64,000 nucleotides of DNA from Guillardia theta CCMP2712. Taxonomy: Eukaryota; Protista; Cryptophyta. The notes under the pieces were generated by a model. It made no database searches, was not told the origin of the DNA, and was given only the letters and a program-made list of their open reading frames with translations. The DNA is taken from NCBI RefSeq assembly GCF_000315625.1, contig NW_005434586.1:293184-357183 (forward strand). Direction: 5' to 3'. This document shows, piece after piece, positions 58,766 through 64,000 of the stretch (position 1 is its first letter; each line of letters opens with the position of its first letter). The position numbers were made by a program, and so were the translations under genes.

Positions 58766-61700
58766 TCAGTTGGCAGCCTTGGCCTGGTCAGTCTTGGCGA
58801 GCCGCAGCACCAGATTCTTGTCCCCGTAAACATCGTCAATGCGCTTGATCGACGGCCAGAACTTGCGCTCCCTTAGGGCTGGCACAGGATAGGCAGCCTT
58901 GTCGCGGCTATAAGGATGATCCCACTTGTCTCCGAGAACTTCAGCCATGGTGTGGGGAGCGTTCTTGAGCACGTTGTTCTCAGGGTCTGCCTTGCCCTGC
59001 TCCACCTCCCTGATCTCCTCGCGGATGGCCAGCATGGCGTCGCAGAACCTGTCGATCTCGAACTTGCTCTCGGACTCAGTTGGCTCCACCATGAGAGTAC
59101 CAGCAACAGGCCAGGACATGGTGGGGGCGTGGAGGGAGTAGTCGCACAACCTCTTGGCGATGTCGACGGCGTCGATGCCGCACGAGGCCTTGAAGGGACG
59201 AAGATCGATGATGAACTCGTGGGCAACGCGTCCATTCTTGCCCGTGAAGAGGATCTCGAACTCGTTCTTGAGGCGATCCTTCATGTAGTTGGCGTTCAAG
59301 ATCGCCAGCTCCGTCGCCCTCTCGAGGCCGCGGCTACCCATCATCTGGATGTACATCCAGGAGATCGGGAGGATGGATGCGGAGCCCCAGGGAGCAGCAG
59401 AGATCGCGCCGATGCCATGCTCGCCACCAGTGACGCCCATCGGGTGGTTGGGAAGGAAGGGAGCGAGCTTCTTGTTCACTCCGATGGGGCCCATGCCTGG
59501 TCCTCCACCCCCGTGAGGAATGCAGAAGGTCTTGTGCAGGTTCAAGTGGCAGACGTCAGCTCCGATGTGACCAGGAGAGCAGAAGCCAACTTGCGCATTC
59601 ATGTTGGCGCCGTCCATGTAGACCAGGCCGCCGGCGTCGTGGACCATCTTGCAGATCTCTACAACGGTGTCCTCAAACACTCCGTGGGTGGAGGGGTAGG
59701 TGATCATGAGGGCTCCGAGGTTGGCCTTGTGCAGCTCAATCTTCTCCTTGAGGTCGTTCATGTCCGTGTTGCCCATGTCGTCGCACTCGATGGGAACGAC
59801 GTCCATGCCGCACATGGCAGCGGTGGCGGGGTTGGTTCCGTGAGCAGCACGGGGGATGAGGCAGATGTTGCGGTTGGTGTTGCCATGGTGCTTGTGGTAC
59901 TGACGGATCGCCATCAGCCCTGCGTACTCGCCAGCAGCTCCAGCGTTGGGCTGCTGGGAGATGGCATCGAAGCCGGTAATGTCCATGAGCCACTTGTTGA
60001 GCTCGTCCAAAAACTCGTGGTATCCCTGGACCTGATCGACGGGCACGAAGGGATGGATAGAGTTGATCTCGGGCCAGGTCACGGGGACCATCTCAGAGGC
60101 GGAGTTGAGCTTCATGGTGCAGGAGCCAAGAGGGATCATAGAGGTGTTGAGGCCAAGATCCTTGGACTGCAGGTGGAACATGTAGCGCATGAGCTCCGTC
60201 TCGGTCTGGTACTTGTTGAACACTTCAGCAGTCATGAACTTCGACTGGCGAGTCAAAGCTCCATCGAATCCGGGAGTGACCTAGAACCATGTCAGTGTTG
60301 CCAAGGCAAACATGTCATGAAGCTACCTGCTCTGAGAGCTTCTCGGCGCTTGACTTGTTGGCTCCGAATACAGCGAGGATCGCATCAACATCGCTGATTA
60401 TATGTCAGCAGGATACACGAATTACAAAGAGCTTCACCTTGGGTTGGTGGTCTCGTCAAGGGAGATGGTGACAGACTGCTTGTCAAGCTGGCGGAAGTTC
60501 ATGCCAGCATCGACGGCCTATCACGAACCAGGTCACGCAAGAGACAAAGTGTAAGCCACTACATACCTTCTTGCAGACAGCCTGGGCATCAACTCCTTCA
60601 ATCTTGACGGTGTCGAAGAAGGGAAGATCGCACACCTTGAAGGGTGTCAGTGGTACCTCACGCTCCACCACGTACTACCTTGACGCCAGATTGCTTCAGG
60701 CCCAAGGCAAGAGTCTTCGCGAGACCATTCACGCGAGCAGCAATCTTTACGGCAAGTCAGCAATTTAATTACCTGAAAAATGCTGTTTGCTCACCTTCTT
60801 GAGGCCCTCGGGTCCATGGTAGACGGCGTAGAAAGCTAACGACACGTGTCATAATCATGTTGTAACAAAGAGTCCCACTCACAAGCAGTGTTCGCCAGAA
60901 GTGCCTGCGCGGTGCAAATGTTGGAGTTGGCCTTCTCTCTGTTTGTCACGTGAGGGATCGGGGAGGTAACAAGGTACGGTGTAACTACCGGCGAATGTGC
61001 TGCTCGCGCGCCTGGAGGGCGAGACGGTAGGCAGGGTTTCCGGCAGCATCGCGAGACAACCCGATGATGCGGCCTGAGGGGATGTCAGCCTAGTCACCTC
61101 CCTCAAGGGCAATGCAAGGAACCAGGCACTGCACGCTTGTGCGCATCCTTGCAGGTAAGGAAGGCGGCATGAGGTCCTCCATACCCAAGGGGGACACCAA
61201 AACGCTGCGTGAGTTTGGATCAGTCTCCTCTCTCTCTCAAGCCAGATAAGGACCTGAGTGTTGCCGACTACGATGTCAGCTCCGATCTCACCGGGGGGCT
61301 AAGGACCGTGTTAATACAGCAACCCTCAGCTGCAGAAGGCAATACCTTCAACATGGTCAACGCCAGGAGATCAGAGACCATCACGACGGTGACTTTGTTG
61401 TCCTGGCACGATTTCAGCACGATGCCCTATTAAAAACAGACGGTGACATACATTCGCTTGCTTGATGACGCTGCTGTAGTCATGGATCGTTCCGTCGGTA
61501 GCAGGGTAGGGGAGGAGGACGCCCATCAAGGACGAGTCCATCTTGGCATCCTCAACCTTGCCGACGATGACTTCGATGTCCATCGGCTCAGCACGAGTCT
61601 GGCAGACGGCGATGGTCTGCGGGTTGCAGAGATCCGAGATGAACATCTTCTTCCTCTTGGACTTGCAGATAGTCTGGCACATAGCCATGGCCTCAGCAGC

Positions 61701-62327
61701 AGCAGTGGCCTCATCCTACTCAAACCATTACTTCTCAAAAAAACACAGCTGCAAGATGCTTACAAGGAGGGAGGCCTGTCCAATATCCATGGCCGTGATG
61801 TCAGCGATCATGGTCTGGTAGTTGACCAACGACTCCATACGACCCTGGGAAATCTCGGCTTGGTACGGGGTGTAAGGAGTGTACCACCCAGGGTTCTGGA
61901 TGATATTCCTGAGGATGGGAGGGGGGGTGATGGTGTTGTAGTAGCCCATACCGATGTACGACTTCTTGAGCTTGTTCTTGGACACCATGTTGAACAACTT
62001 CAGGGTAGCGTCGGTCTCCGTCATGGCCTCTCCGACCTTGAGGGGCGGGCGGTTGCGGATGCTGCTGGGGATCGTCTCCTCAATGAGCTGCTGCATCGAG
62101 GATGCTCCGACGGTGGTGAGCATGTCCTTCTCCTCGTGGTCGCGGGGCCCGTTGTGTCTCCTCTCGAACTGGTCAGGATGCTTCAACCAGGCGGGGGCAG
62201 CAAACGATCTGGCGTGCACGAGCGGCTTGCCCTGAGTTCTGGCGAGTAGGGGGACCCTGCATGCAGAGAGCATGGCTGCCTTCTTGCTGCTCAGAGAGCG
62301 AGAGATTTGTCGGCGTGCGGCGAACAT
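58766..62327 (-). CDS. GLDC: Glycine decarboxylase P protein, mitochondrial (multi-exon)
   Basis: Basic transit peptide; [46 protein letters not shown], and the PLP lysine motif [18 protein letters not shown]. Confidence 0.98.
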
Positions 62328-62749
62328 GTTGAAGATTCTAGTCCAGATGTCCTCTCCCTCGCAGCGGGAGCAGCACCGGAAACTGTAGCCGAACCTTCAC
62401 AGATCAGAGCCGGTCCTGTCAAGCAATGATTCAGTAAGTTTGCAATCAGACAGCATGTTTCATCAGTGCTTCGTCCTTGCTACGACTATGTGCAAACGTA
62501 AGGACTCAGCACGGGGCACATGAAATGGGGAGAAAAAGCGTTCATAGTTGGCCACGTCAGGATCACTGAGAACGACACATGACAATACGGGGATCCGAGG
62601 GGAAGGACCAGGAGAGAGCTAGAGGAACTGAGCAGTGGAGAGGAAGGGAGGAGGGAGGGAAGGACAAGCAGCACGGAGCTGCTCGCTTCCTACTGCATGC
62701 TATCTGCCCGTATGAGTTTGTGGAGGTAGCCCACTGATGTGCATCTCAT

Positions 62750-63800
62750 CTGCTGTAAATCGCTGCCAGCCTCCCTATACACTCTACCCCCACCCCCTAC
62801 CTATAACACTGATCCTTGCCCTACCCCCACCCTATGTCGCAACCCCCCAGGGGACCATCTAAACCCTCTATCATTGACTATCTGACCCACCCATGGCTCT
62901 GGAATTAGGGGTTGCTACCCACCATAGAAACGAATTCCACACTGAACCACTACCCCCCACGACCCTGTGACCAACGTTATCAATCTCCATGAATGACCCC
63001 ACCCTGGCTTTTACTACCACTACCCTCACACACTTACCCACCCCTTCTACACCAACTAAGAATACCCCTGCACTACCCTGCCCAAATTATGGTCAGGCGC
63101 TTTGGGACCTGGAACTGAAAACAATAAGACCCTTGAGATGACTACCCCCAGTCGAGGACGCAAACCAGGCTGTACCCCCATTATTTCTCTCATACCCCTA
63201 CTTCATTCAATAAAGTACCCACCTTTGTTCGTCGATTGTTCAGAGGGTACCCCATTGAAATTCACCACCCTCGCATTTTTTGAATCCCTGCCTGCAAGGC
63301 ACTTGTTTTGCAGCTCTCTCCAAAATTGACTACCTACAAGGGCAAAACCACCCCCACCCTGTGTATCCAACCACCTCAATCTGAAGGTTCTCCTTGTTCC
63401 GGGGGGTGCATTGTTATGCGGGTAGGGTGATACTACCCCCCACCCACCCTGGAATATCCCCCATCCCTTCATTCATTCGTGCAGCCTTATCGCAGGATCC
63501 CCACCCCTTGCACTTCTCTCTACCTCCTACCCCCAGTTGAGTTCCAGTGTAACCAGTGTGGCCGTACCCTTCAGGATGCACCCCCTGATTCGATGTATCA
63601 TTATAATTCACCGGTACTTACCTGATGAATTGAGGGGGTTCTTTCTATAACAGGATTGCAAGGACCCGTATTTCCGATACCCCACCCCTCATGTTAAATG
63701 CGATACCCTGGCTGATGACCAGAACATCTGTTCGCTGCCACTCCCCAACTTGTGAGTACCCCCTACCCTCCAGCTCGCCTTACCCCACCCCCATTTTTCC
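62750..63800. other. (T)ACCCC-rich, GpC-poor tract (type B)
   Basis: Very dense tacccc/accccc/ctaccc words. Confidence 0.7.
63480..63695 (-). pseudogene. Relic of a beta-lactamase-family (class C-like serine hydrolase) gene
   Basis: EGWGIG..IHQ|GVHPEGYGHTGYTGTQL with a frame-preserving 37-bp gtaagt..cag intron (63585-63621); flanking frames are broken. Confidence 0.5.
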
Positions 63801-64000
63801 AACAACGCAGCAAAAAAAAACATTTCTCGGTGAAGTAAAGGTTACATGAAGAGCAAGTAATTTGTCCACATTTTTGACATAAAAAATTTAAAGTTGAAGT
63901 GTCAATATCTGAACTTTATCTCATCCTATCAACTATCAACACCATCACCGAAAACCTTGAGGTGCGCCCTGTTCGCTTCCTCTGATTTTCTTTTTTTTGG

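Noticed and set aside
58916-60397. 493-aa plus-strand ORF (also 61443-62249, 46226-47206 and 33164-34051)
   Set aside because: These are antisense shadows of codon-biased real genes (GLDC, DPP, SEL1).
1-64000. tRNA, rRNA or prokaryotic operon/defence system
   Set aside because: I recognised no cloverleaf or rRNA signatures by eye, and the genes are spliceosomal and functionally unrelated. tRNAscan-SE or Infernal would be needed to exclude small RNAs.

Overview
Gene-dense eukaryotic nuclear DNA with many short (~40-50 bp) spliceosomal introns that have CTGAY branch sites; some introns are expanded by purine/pyrimidine microsatellites. Intron size, short RWP-RK genes and a bipartite (signal peptide + Phe) plastid-targeting N-terminus suggest a cryptophyte alga of the Guillardia theta type; this is inference, not a database result. 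About 20 protein genes are supportable: a WD40+PDZ protein, two RWP-RK transcription factors, a myristoylated EF-hand protein, two methyltransferases, an SDS22-like LRR protein, a very large SEL1-repeat protein, an FSH1-family hydrolase, an S9B dipeptidyl peptidase, a RAWUL-domain protein, cytochrome b561, a 61-aa codon-biased peptide, an M14 carboxypeptidase, proteasome beta5, glycine decarboxylase P and several hypothetical proteins. Two decayed DNA transposons (MULE, PIF/Harbinger) are present. The main unexplained structure is intergenic. Convergent genes usually almost touch, whereas most 5' flanks are filled by one of two recurring, compositionally opposite sequence types: GC-rich palindrome/TGACTCAG islands and GpC-poor (T)ACCCC/GGGGT(A) tracts. 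One tract still contains a recognisable beta-lactamase-family gene relic. Exon boundaries were assigned by eye and are approximate unless stated.
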